NCBI GenBank assembly: GCA_018238545.1
Contig: JABCTC010000008.1
Location: forward strand, 31,161-95,160
DNA: 64,000 bases
Direction: 5' to 3'
From: Candidatus Heimdallarchaeota archaeon
GTDB lineage: Archaea > Asgardarchaeota > Heimdallarchaeia > Heimdallarchaeales > Heimdallarchaeaceae
In this document: positions 51,542 through 62,041 of the stretch, in pieces
Numbering within the stretch: position 1 is the first letter of the stretch
How the letters are laid out: the number at the start of each line of letters is the position of its first letter
Made by a program: the position numbers and the translations under genes
Notes under the pieces: generated by a model
Seen by the model: the letters and a program-made list of their open reading frames with translations, nothing else
What the model was told of the DNA's origin: nothing
Database searches by the model: none

Positions 51542-51805
51542 ATGAGGAATATGTTAGAAAAAACCAAAGTAATTGTTGACGTTTTAGATATTTTTGTATC
51601 TTTAAAGAGGGGATTAACTCTAACTGATATCAATTTTCAACTGAACAACATCTATGCTTCTCATGGTAAAACAGTTGATCAACAGATATTAATTGAAGTT
51701 ATCAATGAACTTACAACTGCTGGGTATCTAAAAACCTTCAAAGTAGGATCCCTTGACAGTTGGAAAATAACTGAAGAGGGAGAAGATCACTTCTATGATT
51801 TGTGA
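51542..51805 (+). CDS. Small winged-helix protein
   Basis: LTLTDI...LIEVINEL...GYL...WKITEEG. Confidence 0.6.
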   Translation: MRNMLEKTKVIVDVLDIFVSLKRGLTLTDINFQLNNIYASHGKTVDQQILIEVINELTTAGYLKTFKVGSLDSWKITEEGEDHFYDL

Positions 51806-51808
51806 TAA

Positions 51809-52585
51809 TTGATTAGAAGGAAGATAACAATGGACTTGCGGGATGTCTTGGGGTTATCAATTGAAAGTAATGAATTCACTATAGCATATAACAATGCAGA
51901 GATAACCTCAAAGTCACTTTTCATTCAAAATTTGGCGGAACATAACCGAATTTTGGAAATAGATAAAGATGAAACTGAAAAAGATTTAGAGGTTTACAGA
52001 ATATGTGAAGGAATCAGGAAGATTCAAGACAAAGAATTATGGAACGATATCGAGTATTCTATTTTGATTTTACAATCAGGTCAATTAAATGGAAGGTATT
52101 TCAATACAATTGGTTACTACAGATCATTTGCTGAAAATAGCTATCGTTATCCTGAAATATTTCAACTCGCAGAAGGTTATGCAGAATTTCTGCTTCAACA
52201 TCCAAGAGAAAATCATGAACAAATTAAGGATGTTGTTGTCATTAGAATGCAAAAATATGATATTCTTGCGGTTCCTCCTTCTTATGGTGTAACAATTATT
52301 AATCCTAGCGACAAGAAATCAATCATCTCTAGAATCCGCGCTTCTGACGCTGAAGAACTTAAAGAGCCTTATCACACTACTAAAGGAGGTTGCTACTACA
52401 AACTTGCGGAAGAGAAGTGGGATTACAATCCTGATTATGAAGAAATTCCTAATCTAAGGCTTGGTGTACCACAAAACAAGTGGAAATCCTTGAAAAGAGG
52501 GATTCCAATCTACACCTCATATGTTTACAATCCGCGCTATTTTAAATCGTTAATAGAACCTGATCCAAGTTTATTTATTCTATAA
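51809..52585 (+). CDS. Cupin-type glucose-6-phosphate isomerase family protein, metal ligands degenerate
   Basis: YF.T.G, YPEIFQ..EG, VPP.YG..IINP family pattern. Confidence 0.7.
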   Translation: MIRRKITMDLRDVLGLSIESNEFTIAYNNAEITSKSLFIQNLAEHNRILEIDKDETEKDLEVYRICEGIRKIQDKELWNDIEYSILILQSGQLNGRYFNTIGYYRSFAENSYRYPEIFQLAEGYAEFLLQHPRENHEQIKDVVVIRMQKYDILAVPPSYGVTIINPSDKKSIISRIRASDAEELKEPYHTTKGGCYYKLAEEKWDYNPDYEEIPNLRLGVPQNKWKSLKRGIPIYTSYVYNPRYFKSLIEPDPSLFIL

Positions 52586-52598
52586 ATTGCTAAATTTA

Positions 52599-52907
52599 TC
52601 ACCAAGAAAGCATTCTTTTCTTTATTCTCGCCTCTGGCAATCCGCTCAAAACATTGCCATTTATGATATAATTCGAACCATCACTTAATTGTATTTTGAA
52701 AACATTACCCTTTTTTTGGATAGAGACATCTTTCTTCAAAGTTCGAACTTTTATCATATTTCCTGTTTCGCTAATGATTGTTCCTTTTACTCCCTCTAAT
52801 TCCTTTGAGGAACATTTTAAAATTTCAATAGGCAATCCTTCAATACTAGTTGCTAGGTCTCCCCAAATTTTGAGAATCTTTCTCGCTTTACCTGTATTAG
52901 GCTTCAT
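52599..52907 (-). CDS. rnp1: Ribonuclease P protein Rpp29 (POP4)
   Basis: GVKGTIISETGNM, K...VF, G..L.G.PE.RIK; follows rpl29. Confidence 0.88.
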   Translation of the reverse strand: MKPNTGKARKILKIWGDLATSIEGLPIEILKCSSKELEGVKGTIISETGNMIKVRTLKKDVSIQKKGNVFKIQLSDGSNYIINGNVLSGLPEARIKKRMLSW

Positions 52908-53119
52908 TAAATCTCATCTAATTCAGTCATAATTGAGAGAATTCTAGCAATTGCTTTTTTATACTCTTGAATCTGACCAGGATCCTGTATTGACCCACCT
53001 GAAGCAAGTTCTGATTTAACGGTGAAGAGTTTTTGTTTGAATTCTTCTAACTTTCGTATTCGTTGTTCCTTATTCATTTTCCTGACTTCACTAGAACGTA
53101 TTAGAACCATAATTATCAC
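52907..53119 (-). CDS. rpl29: 50S ribosomal protein L29
   Basis: EVRKM, PGQIQEYKKAIARIL. Confidence 0.93.
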   Translation of the reverse strand: MIIMVLIRSSEVRKMNKEQRIRKLEEFKQKLFTVKSELASGGSIQDPGQIQEYKKAIARILSIMTELDEI

Positions 53120-54090
53120 TCCTCTTTCTTCTTCTTCTTAGTTTTTTTGTCTTTTGCCTTCTTGTCGCTTTCGTCTTTTGTTTTATCTTTGTCTTTTGTC
53201 TTCTTGTCGCTTTCGTCTTTTGTTTTATCTTTGTCTTTTGTCTTCTTGTCGCTTTCGTCTTTTGTTTTGGCTTTGCTTTTTGCTTTACTTCTGGGTTTTG
53301 CCTTTTTATCGACTTCATCAAGCTCGCTGAATTCATCATCAGATTTGACTTTTTCTTTCTTTTTAATTTCAGCTATGATTTCTTCTTCAATTTCAGGATA
53401 TTCATCAAGCTCTTCAATTGCCTCTTCGCTGATTTCTTCAATTATCTCAGGTTCAACTTCTGTTCCAGTATCAACTATCATTGAGGTTGAAGTTGGTTCT
53501 GCAACTATTGCAATATCATCAGGTAAGATAGCATCTCCTCTCATTATGTTTATACGCACACCAATTAAACCTCTGCGAATAATAGCTGTGGCCTTTCCAA
53601 CATCTACAAATGTCATTGCAGGATCACCTGCTTTTGCCACAAAACCTGCTCTAAACGATTCAACTCTTGCTCTTTGGCTTGTGACCTTTCCACTAATCTT
53701 TATTTCAACACCTTTTGCTCCACTAGCCAAAATTCTTCGGATTATACCATGAGCACTGCGGCGAAAATGTCTCCCTCTTTCTAAAGATGAAGCGAGTCTG
53801 AACGCCATGATTCTTGCATCCAATTCAGGGTTATCGACTTCAGTTACTTCGACTTGAGGATTATCAAGATCATATTTTTCTCTAAGCGCATCTGTGATTC
53901 GATGGATATTTCTTCCACGCCCACCAATGGCTAATCCCACTCTCCCTACTCGTAAAATTACGCGATCTCCTAAAGGAGTTCTACGAACTTCAACTCCTCC
54001 ATATTCAGCGTTCTTTAGTTCATTTGCTAAAAACTCATCAATTGCGTTTTTTTGATATTTCTTTAATAGGTAATCTTTTGTTGTAGGCAT
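53116..54090 (-). CDS. rps3: 30S ribosomal protein S3 with long charged C-terminal tail
   Basis: KH domain IGGRGRNI, LERGRHFRR, GAKGVEIKISGK. Confidence 0.97.
   Translation of the reverse strand: MPTTKDYLLKKYQKNAIDEFLANELKNAEYGGVEVRRTPLGDRVILRVGRVGLAIGGRGRNIHRITDALREKYDLDNPQVEVTEVDNPELDARIMAFRLASSLERGRHFRRSAHGIIRRILASGAKGVEIKISGKVTSQRARVESFRAGFVAKAGDPAMTFVDVGKATAIIRRGLIGVRINIMRGDAILPDDIAIVAEPTSTSMIVDTGTEVEPEIIEEISEEAIEELDEYPEIEEEIIAEIKKKEKVKSDDEFSELDEVDKKAKPRSKAKSKAKTKDESDKKTKDKDKTKDESDKKTKDKDKTKDESDKKAKDKKTKKKKKEE
53146..53268. repeat. 42-bp tandem repeat (~2.9 copies) in the rps3 tail
   Basis: Units start at 53146, 53188 and 53230; encode KTKDESDKKTKDKD. Confidence 0.93.
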
Positions 54091-54094
54091 TATT

Positions 54095-54559
54095 TCACAC
54101 CTCAGCTACTTCAGCTACTAATTCAATATGTACATTTTGCCTAACTTTTGGAGAAGATCTACCATGTGCTCTGTAGAAAATTGCTCGTTGTTTTGATCCT
54201 AGCAATGTTACTGCATGAACAATTACACATTTGTCTAATTGGAGCTGATTATTTTCAGCATTATTTTCTAGATTCTTTACAACTTTCAGAATTTCTTTAG
54301 CAGTTTTAACAGGATATCTACCAGCGGCCCAACCGACTAAATCACTTTTGTGACCAACGTTTCTCTTGTGTTTTCTATATGGAACAGAAGATTTTTTCTC
54401 GATGACTGCTTCAAGATACTCAATGGTCTTGTGAATTGTCATACCTTTAATTGTGTTGCAAATCTCCCTTGCTGCTTTTCGACTAACATCAATGTCTCTT
54501 GCTGAAGATTTTGCTGATCTATCAGGATCTGTTTGAATGGAATATTTGTAAGTTGGCAA
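54095..54559 (-). CDS. rpl22: 50S ribosomal protein L22
   Basis: AREICNTIKGM, GRYPVK.A, RAHGRSSP, HIELV. Confidence 0.96.
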   Translation of the reverse strand: MPTYKYSIQTDPDRSAKSSARDIDVSRKAAREICNTIKGMTIHKTIEYLEAVIEKKSSVPYRKHKRNVGHKSDLVGWAAGRYPVKTAKEILKVVKNLENNAENNQLQLDKCVIVHAVTLLGSKQRAIFYRAHGRSSPKVRQNVHIELVAEVAEV

Positions 54560-54762
54560 TCTTAATTCTCCTTTCAGCTATCTTGTTTATACTCTTGATT
54601 AATTAGCGGGTAAGAGCATAATTTTTAAGGTTTGTTTTTTCACACTTATTATATTGACAAACGTTTGTGTTCCCGTAATTCGATTGATGTATTTTTGTAT
54701 AAAACAATTTGCTTTGTTGAGTAGGTTTTAAAAGATGGTAAAAAAATAGAGAAAAATAGTGT

Positions 54763-57231
54763 TTAGAGGGAAATAATCAACTCTTCTCCATTTGCCAAAG
54801 AGAACTTCTTAGCCTTTGAATCCAATTCACTTTCTTCATAACTAATTTTATCGACATTATGCATTGCTTTTAAGTCTAAAACAAATGTTTCAAGACTCTT
54901 AGGTAATTGGACCTTCTTGATTGGTGTGTTAAGGGGTATTTTCATATCCTTCTTAAATTTCCAAATCAGAGAATTTGATTCAAGTAGTATGTCTGTTATT
55001 TCTGTAAATTTAGTTTCTTTGATTATTTTTTTTGGATTTGGAAATTCTTCTGTATGAACTGTTTTGCCATGTAATCCTCTATAAATGAAATCTGTAACAA
55101 AGGGAACTAAAGGTGCAAATCCTTTAATTACAGTATTCAAGACTTTATGCAAAGTATAATGAGCTGCATTTTGCTCTTCTTCACTAAAGGCTTCATCTCT
55201 GTTATATGCCCTTCCTTTTACCATTTCAATATATTGAGATGCAAAAAGATCAATTGTAAATTTCCGTAATGCTTTTGCGGGAACATTGAAATCATAAACA
55301 TCATAGCCTTGAATAGATTCTGTAACTGTTTGTGATAATTCTGAGAGAATCCATTCATCTGCTGGTTGTAATTTAATTTCAACATTATCCGTTGAAGGAA
55401 ATGAACTTACAAATCTAGCAATGTTGTAAACTTTGTTTATGAATTTAGAAATACCTTGTAGGCGTTGCTGATTGAATCTGATGTCAGATCCATGACTAGC
55501 TTCTATTGCACCATACATTCTAACGGAATCTCCGCCATATTTTTTAATCATTTCTTCGGGATAAATTGCAGTGCCCTTACTTTTAGACATTTTTTCTCCT
55601 TTTCGGTTTACAACATGTCCGGAAATCCAAACATGGTTAAAGGCGGGTTTATCGTAAAGCTGATGACCTCTTAACATTGTATAATGAAGCCAAGTTCTTA
55701 CAATATCCTTTCCTTGAGGTCGAATGTCACAGATGTAATCTCTGGAGTTTAGTTTATTGAATAAATCATCATCTCTTTTATTATGGGGATGAAGACTAAT
55801 GTAGATCTCACTTATTGACGAATCCATCCAAGTGTCAAATGTTCGTATGTCGCCCTCAAATCCCTCAGAAGTACCACAATGTTGGCATATGTCGAATGGT
55901 GGATCGTCCTTCCAGGGTTGATAATATGGTCCAGGTTCAGGAAGGTTGGGCTGATTACACTTTTTACAATACCAGACTGGTACTTCAGTTCCATAGTATC
56001 TTCTTCTGCTTATTGGCCAATCAATTGATACTGTATTTAACCAATCCATCCATACTTTTTTCATAAAGTTTGGGAAAAACTTCATTGTGTCAGCATATTC
56101 TTTCAATTTGGGTAAATATTCTACCTGCTTTAAGTAATATTCAGGCATAGCGAGAAATTCAACATCATTTCCGCATCTTGAGCATGTTGGAAAGTTATGT
56201 GCTGCATCTACTTTCTGAAGTATGAATTCTTGTTCTTCTAATTGCTTGGCTATTTCTTTCTTTGCCTCTTTAACTTTCAATCCCTCGAATTCAGGAACAA
56301 CATCTGTAATTTTCCCATCTGTATTTATGATTGTTTTTGGATTTATTTTAAGTTCTCTGAATATCTGTACATCTCCGGAATCACCATATGCGCAAACCAT
56401 TAAAATTCCTGTCCCAAATTCCATTTTTGCATAATGGTGTGGTAGAATTGGTACTTCATCCTCAAAAATCGGGGTTATAGCTGTTTTTCCTTCTAAATGT
56501 TTGTATCGACTATCTTTTGGGTTATAAATTACAACCCCAATAGCCGGAATAAGTTCCGGGCGAGAGGTAGAAATAATTAATTCCTCTCCTGTTTCTTTTA
56601 TTTTGAACTTTATGTCGTACAAGATATGGGAACCAGATCTATAATCGATCTCATTATCTGCTATGGTGGTTTTACATCTAGTGCAGTAATTATTTGGTCT
56701 ATTATCTTCATAGATTTGGTTGTCTTTAAACAGTTTAATGAAAGTAGACTGTGTCAGTGCCCTATATTGTTCTTGATCAGTTTTATACACATCATCCCAT
56801 TCAAATGAATTATTGCTGAAACCAAGCATTCTACAGATGTTTAAAATCATGTCACCTACTCTATCCAAAATCTGTTTGCACATAGCTAAAAATTCTTCAC
56901 GTGGAATATTGTGCATGGAAACCTTGAATTCTTTTTCTGCTTGAACTTCGATAGGTAAACCATTGCGATCTAAGCACATGGGAAATAAAATTTCATGACC
57001 TTGCATTCTCTTATAACGTGCAATCATATCGATACCACTATAGTGAATCGCTCCCCCCATGTGCCATGGAGCATTTGCATAAGGCGGAGGTGTATCTATG
57101 CTAAAAATCGGCTTACCTGATTTTTTATTGAAATAAAATAATTTTTCTTTTTGCCAAGTATTAAATAGATTAATATCTTGTTTCTGTGGGTCATATGTCC
57201 GTTCTGGCAATTTAGGGTCACGCTTACTCAA
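54763..57231 (-). CDS. valS: Valyl-tRNA synthetase
   Basis: FSIDTPPPY, HMGG (HIGH variant), DWPISRRRYYG, DTWMDSS, KMSKS. Confidence 0.95.
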   Translation of the reverse strand: MSKRDPKLPERTYDPQKQDINLFNTWQKEKLFYFNKKSGKPIFSIDTPPPYANAPWHMGGAIHYSGIDMIARYKRMQGHEILFPMCLDRNGLPIEVQAEKEFKVSMHNIPREEFLAMCKQILDRVGDMILNICRMLGFSNNSFEWDDVYKTDQEQYRALTQSTFIKLFKDNQIYEDNRPNNYCTRCKTTIADNEIDYRSGSHILYDIKFKIKETGEELIISTSRPELIPAIGVVIYNPKDSRYKHLEGKTAITPIFEDEVPILPHHYAKMEFGTGILMVCAYGDSGDVQIFRELKINPKTIINTDGKITDVVPEFEGLKVKEAKKEIAKQLEEQEFILQKVDAAHNFPTCSRCGNDVEFLAMPEYYLKQVEYLPKLKEYADTMKFFPNFMKKVWMDWLNTVSIDWPISRRRYYGTEVPVWYCKKCNQPNLPEPGPYYQPWKDDPPFDICQHCGTSEGFEGDIRTFDTWMDSSISEIYISLHPHNKRDDDLFNKLNSRDYICDIRPQGKDIVRTWLHYTMLRGHQLYDKPAFNHVWISGHVVNRKGEKMSKSKGTAIYPEEMIKKYGGDSVRMYGAIEASHGSDIRFNQQRLQGISKFINKVYNIARFVSSFPSTDNVEIKLQPADEWILSELSQTVTESIQGYDVYDFNVPAKALRKFTIDLFASQYIEMVKGRAYNRDEAFSEEEQNAAHYTLHKVLNTVIKGFAPLVPFVTDFIYRGLHGKTVHTEEFPNPKKIIKETKFTEITDILLESNSLIWKFKKDMKIPLNTPIKKVQLPKSLETFVLDLKAMHNVDKISYEESELDSKAKKFSLANGEELIISL

Positions 57232-57380
57232 TTAACTCACCTTGACGTAATTGACGATTGTTCTTAATTTAAAAATTGAGTGGTAACTAACTCAAATTAT
57301 CTTCCATCTTCTGTGATAATTTCTCTGCATTGATATTAAGAGATTCGCTAAATATTTCTAGCTAGAAAACAATCTGTCTG

Positions 57381-58877
57381 CTAAAGAATGTCCATTTGTA
57401 AGGTTTGTGCTTCTTCTTTTCTATCCTCTGGGCCTCTAAAATAGGATAAAATTGCTCCAACAGCTGTAATTATCGCAAAAATAGCAAACACCCATTTTAA
57501 CCCTATTACATAATTGCTTGGAGCAAAAGGATCTAATCCATTTGTATTAAAAAGATAAGAAGTTACAAATGTTAATATTGCAGTTGACAGAGCAATTCCC
57601 AAGTTAATAGCTACACTTGTTGTCAACCCTAAAAGACCGCTTGATATACCCAATTTTTCTTTCGGCGTTGCTGACATAATAGAGTTGGCATTAGGTGATT
57701 GGAATAAACCAATACAGACTCCAATTATTGTAGAAATTACCCCATATAACCAAGTTGGCGCACTTGCTGAAATGAATATAGCTAATATTCCTAAACAAAT
57801 AGCTACACAAAACATGGCTATTGTACAAAGATATCTAGCATCGATCGTGTTAGATAGTTTGCCTGAAATTACTGCGAATATAGCCATTCCTACTGGCAAT
57901 CCTGCAATTATTAAGCCTGCTTGAATTTCGTTTTTAACGATTGCTAATGATAATAGAAAAAGATTAACATGATATATAATTACAATATATCCTTGATGTT
58001 TGGTTATTGCAGTGAATAATCCAATTGAAATTTTCCTGTTCTTAATTAGCCTAAAATCAATTAAAGGATTTGGAGCTCTTTTTTCCCAAAGAAGAAATAC
58101 AGGAATAAGTAGAACGCCCATTCCTAAACAAACAGCAGCCCAGATATTTGAGTTTGACAATTCAATATCCACAAAAAAGCTAGCGCTTAATATTAATGAT
58201 GCTAAAAATGCTGCAAGCAGTATAGAGCCTAGATAATCCGCCTTCCCGCCTTCTTCCAAAGGTTTTGTTTTAGGTAGATTCAAATGCACCATTATGAAAC
58301 CCACAATCCCAATTGGAACATTAATAAGAAAAACCCCACCTACTTCCCAATATTGACCGATAATTGCTCCAAGAACAGGTCCTAATATTACTGAAATTGA
58401 TATTAGTAAATTATTGAATCCAACAGCTGTTCCTCGATTATTTTTAGTGGTAAACTTAGTTATTAACGCCATACCATTACTTATCATACCTGTTGCCCCG
58501 AAAGCTTGAATAATTCTAGCAAAAATCAACCACAGAATAGAACTCACAAGAAATTTTAAAGCAAGATAACAAAACAGCGAACCCAAGGCAAAAATAACCA
58601 TACCAACCTGAAAAACCAATTTGTTACCATACTTGTCTCCTAAATCCCCTGCAATAACGGTAAACGCCATCATCACTAACAGATAAGCTAGTACTATCCA
58701 TTGAACGATGTTTGGAGTTACACCATAGAATTCCTTTATCCGATTTGTGATAATAAAAACAATTGAAGCGTCTAGTGTTGCCATGAATGTTCCTATCCCT
58801 ATTGAACTAACAAGCTTAATAATCGGAACTTTCGGAGAACCATCAGTTGAAGTTTGAGAGTTAGTATTTGTAACCAT
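57381..58877 (-). CDS. MFS transporter, DHA2 (14-TM) family
   Basis: FMATLDASIV, GDLGDKYGNK motif A, FLINVPIG. Confidence 0.93.
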   Translation of the reverse strand: MVTNTNSQTSTDGSPKVPIIKLVSSIGIGTFMATLDASIVFIITNRIKEFYGVTPNIVQWIVLAYLLVMMAFTVIAGDLGDKYGNKLVFQVGMVIFALGSLFCYLALKFLVSSILWLIFARIIQAFGATGMISNGMALITKFTTKNNRGTAVGFNNLLISISVILGPVLGAIIGQYWEVGGVFLINVPIGIVGFIMVHLNLPKTKPLEEGGKADYLGSILLAAFLASLILSASFFVDIELSNSNIWAAVCLGMGVLLIPVFLLWEKRAPNPLIDFRLIKNRKISIGLFTAITKHQGYIVIIYHVNLFLLSLAIVKNEIQAGLIIAGLPVGMAIFAVISGKLSNTIDARYLCTIAMFCVAICLGILAIFISASAPTWLYGVISTIIGVCIGLFQSPNANSIMSATPKEKLGISSGLLGLTTSVAINLGIALSTAILTFVTSYLFNTNGLDPFAPSNYVIGLKWVFAIFAIITAVGAILSYFRGPEDRKEEAQTLQMDIL

Positions 58878-59018
58878 TTTTAAGTAATCATTCTATTTTC
58901 AACTGTGGGCGCTTAATAAGAATTGTGCCGAAAATTGAGAAAACGAGTATATAAGATATATTACAAAGAACAGTTAGAATTTAAATAGTAAAAAAAACAT
59001 CATTGTACGATGATATGA

Positions 59019-61520
59019 TTGGGGTTTCCAATGGATCAAGCAGAATATATAAATCACCCTCTAATTAAACCTGATAAAATAGAAGCAAGATTATACCAGC
59101 AGACATTATTTGCTTCATGCGTAAAGGAAAATTCTTTGGTCATTCTACCAACGGGTTTGGGTAAAACAATTCTTTTTATCATGCTTGCTGCACATCGTAT
59201 TCAGAAATTTCCAGAGGGGAAAATTGTGTTTTGCGCCCCAACTAAACCACTACTTGATCAGCATGAACAAACTACTAGAGCTTCTTTAAATATCGATTCA
59301 GATAAAATTGTGCAAATCTCTGGTCAGACTGACCCTCGTAAGAGAAAACAAATTTGGGAGGAGGGACAAGTATTCATTTGTACACCTCAAACTATTCAAA
59401 ATGATATTATTCAACGTAGAGTGAAACTTGAGGATATCGTTTTTATGTGCCTAGATGAAGCTCATAAGGCTGTAGGTGACCACAGTTACGTTTTCATTGC
59501 TGAACGATATAATTTGAAAGCCAAAAACCCCCTTCTACTTGGTATCACTGCGAGTCCAGGTGCTAATATTGAAAGAATTGAAGAGGTACAAGAAAATTTG
59601 AAAGCTTTCAATGTGGAGATGAGAGATGAAAGCTCTGATGATGTTAAACAATATATCCATGAGATTCAAGAAAATTGGGAAATCATCCCTCTTTCTGAAG
59701 AGTTTAGTGTAATAATCTCAACTCTTAATGACTTCTTTAAAATTATCTTAGAAGGATTAAAGGAACTCGGCATTATTAATTCAGCAGTTCCTAGAAATAA
59801 TCCTAGACGAGAACTTTTGAAATTACGGGGAAGAGTAAACGATAAATTTTCTAGTTCTCCTGATGAAGATAGAACAGATTTCTTTAAAGCAATGTCCCTT
59901 GTTGGGAATTCGATTCGGATATCTCACGCCATTGAATTAATTGAGACTCAAGGTGTTCCTTCTCTTAATAAATATCTAGAAGGTCATATTAACGAAATTA
60001 AGTTTGGAAGAGGAAGTCGGGCTCTAAAGAACATGATGTTTTCTGAAGAAATGAGAAAAGTTGTTGAAGCTGTTCACAAGCTACATGAAGAAAAGGTAAT
60101 TCATCCAAAAGTAGAGAGATTGAAAGAGATAGTCCAAGAAGAAATAAAAAACAATTCTAATAATCGAATACTCATCTTCTCTCATTTCAGAGTCGCTACC
60201 AAAATAATCAGTGAAGAAATAAACAAAATTGAAGGAATAAATGCCCACTGGTTTGTGGGCCAATCATCAATGAAAGGTGAAAAAGGGTTATCTCAGAAAA
60301 AGCAGATTGAAATTATGCAAGAGTTCCGTGATGGGACATACAATGTTCTTGTTTCAACAAGCGTTGCTGAAGAAGGATTAGATATTGGTGAATGTGAGCT
60401 TGTTATTTTTTATGATGCCGTTCCTAGTGCTATACGATTGATTCAAAGAAAAGGTCGAACAGGTAGAAGAAAGGAGGGCAAGGTAATAATGTTGATAGCT
60501 GAAGGAACTAGGGATGTTGCTTACATGTGGGCATCGAAGAGGCAGGCTCAGAAGATGAAGAAAATTGTGAAACAATTAGGAAAATCCCCTTCAGTAAAAG
60601 CCATAAAGAAAAAGGAGCAACAAAAAGGCATTCTTGATTTTCTGAAAGAAGCGGAAACAGAATCATCCAAAAAACCAGAAATTGAAGAAAAAGAGGAAGA
60701 GGAAGAAGAACTGTCAGTTATTGAAGAAGATACCCCTGATGAGAGCAAAGCATTAGCAGATGAAGGAGAAATAAAAATAATTTGTGATAGTAGGGAAAGG
60801 AACTCAACAGTCATTAAAGAATTAATGAGAAAAGATGTTGTCCTTGGTTTCGAAAGATTAGAAATTGGAGATTATATCTGTTCAGACCAAGTTATAGTAG
60901 AGCGAAAAACGCAAGATGATTTTGTTAAATCTATTATAGATAAACGTTTATTCTCTCAAACAAAAATCCTTGTAGAAAATTGTGCTAAACCTGTTATATT
61001 AATTGAAGGCGAGTTTAATCTTCATGGTTCAACCTTGCATCCTCATGCCTTGTCTGGAGCACTAACATCTTTAATTACTGATTTTCGAATTCCTATAATT
61101 CATACAAAGAATCAAAGAGAAACAGCTGAAATGTTATATGCTTTTGCAAAAAGAGAACAAGTTGAAAGAAAAAGAAGATTATCTATCGGTAAAAGAAAGG
61201 GCTTGGGATTGCAAATCCAACTAGAAGAAGCAGTTTCTGCACTACCTCACATTGATCATAAAATCTCTCGACGATTACTGAAACACTTTGGGTCGTTCAG
61301 AGGAATTGTAACTGCAAACAGAGAAGATTTCTTTGAGATAAGAGGCGTAGGAGAAAAAATTGCTTCTGACATTATCGATTTTATCTATGCTGATTATAAT
61401 GAACTAACAGCAGAGAAAGAATTAAGTGGAATAAAAGAGGAGTTGGATAGTCTAAGACCTGAACCTCAACAAGATTCTAAGAAGTCAGAGAATGAAGAGA
61501 ATCAACAAGAGAACGAATAG
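59019..61520 (+). CDS. hef: Hef helicase-nuclease (FANCM/XPF family)
   Basis: PTGLGKT, DEAH, QRKGRTGR, ERCC4 domain GDY...VERKT..DF, C-terminal HhH2. Confidence 0.96.
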   Translation: MGFPMDQAEYINHPLIKPDKIEARLYQQTLFASCVKENSLVILPTGLGKTILFIMLAAHRIQKFPEGKIVFCAPTKPLLDQHEQTTRASLNIDSDKIVQISGQTDPRKRKQIWEEGQVFICTPQTIQNDIIQRRVKLEDIVFMCLDEAHKAVGDHSYVFIAERYNLKAKNPLLLGITASPGANIERIEEVQENLKAFNVEMRDESSDDVKQYIHEIQENWEIIPLSEEFSVIISTLNDFFKIILEGLKELGIINSAVPRNNPRRELLKLRGRVNDKFSSSPDEDRTDFFKAMSLVGNSIRISHAIELIETQGVPSLNKYLEGHINEIKFGRGSRALKNMMFSEEMRKVVEAVHKLHEEKVIHPKVERLKEIVQEEIKNNSNNRILIFSHFRVATKIISEEINKIEGINAHWFVGQSSMKGEKGLSQKKQIEIMQEFRDGTYNVLVSTSVAEEGLDIGECELVIFYDAVPSAIRLIQRKGRTGRRKEGKVIMLIAEGTRDVAYMWASKRQAQKMKKIVKQLGKSPSVKAIKKKEQQKGILDFLKEAETESSKKPEIEEKEEEEEELSVIEEDTPDESKALADEGEIKIICDSRERNSTVIKELMRKDVVLGFERLEIGDYICSDQVIVERKTQDDFVKSIIDKRLFSQTKILVENCAKPVILIEGEFNLHGSTLHPHALSGALTSLITDFRIPIIHTKNQRETAEMLYAFAKREQVERKRRLSIGKRKGLGLQIQLEEAVSALPHIDHKISRRLLKHFGSFRGIVTANREDFFEIRGVGEKIASDIIDFIYADYNELTAEKELSGIKEELDSLRPEPQQDSKKSENEENQQENE

Positions 61521-61914
61521 AGTTAGAAATATCCGTGATTTCTTTAGGATCAGTTGTTTCTTTTAATTGGACATTGAGTATTTCTATTTTCTCAAGTAAG
61601 ATTTTAGCTGTATCAACCAATGCTGGAGGGAGTGACGAAAAGTCAAATGAAGATAGATTGGATTGGGGTGAAGAATTACTAGAAGGAGTTGATACCACTT
61701 TCTGTTGAGCATTATTTCTCTGTTGTTGTGGTATTTCTGAGGGTGAATCAACTAAAACATAATCTTGCTTACATTTCACACAAACTATTCTATCTTGTTT
61801 TTTGTAAAGTGGTAAATAACAGGTAGGACATGCGCGATTGAGCATCACCCAACCTTTCAATAACAAATCTGCACCAATTTTAACTTGTTCGTCGGAATCA
61901 TTGGAAGGAGACAT
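61477..61914 (-). CDS. SSSCA1/ZNRD2 (UPF0148) zinc-ribbon protein; probable start at 61914
   Basis: ADLLLKGWVML..ACP.C..PL......CV.C. Confidence 0.85.
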   Translation of the reverse strand: MSPSNDSDEQVKIGADLLLKGWVMLNRACPTCYLPLYKKQDRIVCVKCKQDYVLVDSPSEIPQQQRNNAQQKVVSTPSSNSSPQSNLSSFDFSSLPPALVDTAKILLEKIEILNVQLKETTDPKEITDISNSIRSLVDSLHSLTS

Positions 61915-62041
61915 GAGTAAAATGGGAAAAACAATTATAATAAATTTTTGTGCTTTACCGCATTTCAAATTGAATATCCAAGTAATACAATGAATCAAAA
62001 GAGAAACAAGTTCTACTAGTATAGATTGGGTTTGTGAGAAT

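Noticed and set aside
53091-53752. ORFs 53091..53339 (-) and 53147..53752 (+) with repeats
   Set aside because: Alternative-frame and antisense shadows of the rps3 tandem repeat
50108-57231. aRF1 NIKD and ValRS HMGG motif variants as signs of recoding or inactivation
   Set aside because: Other catalytic motifs are intact and TAA, TAG and TGA all end genes at expected lengths in this window
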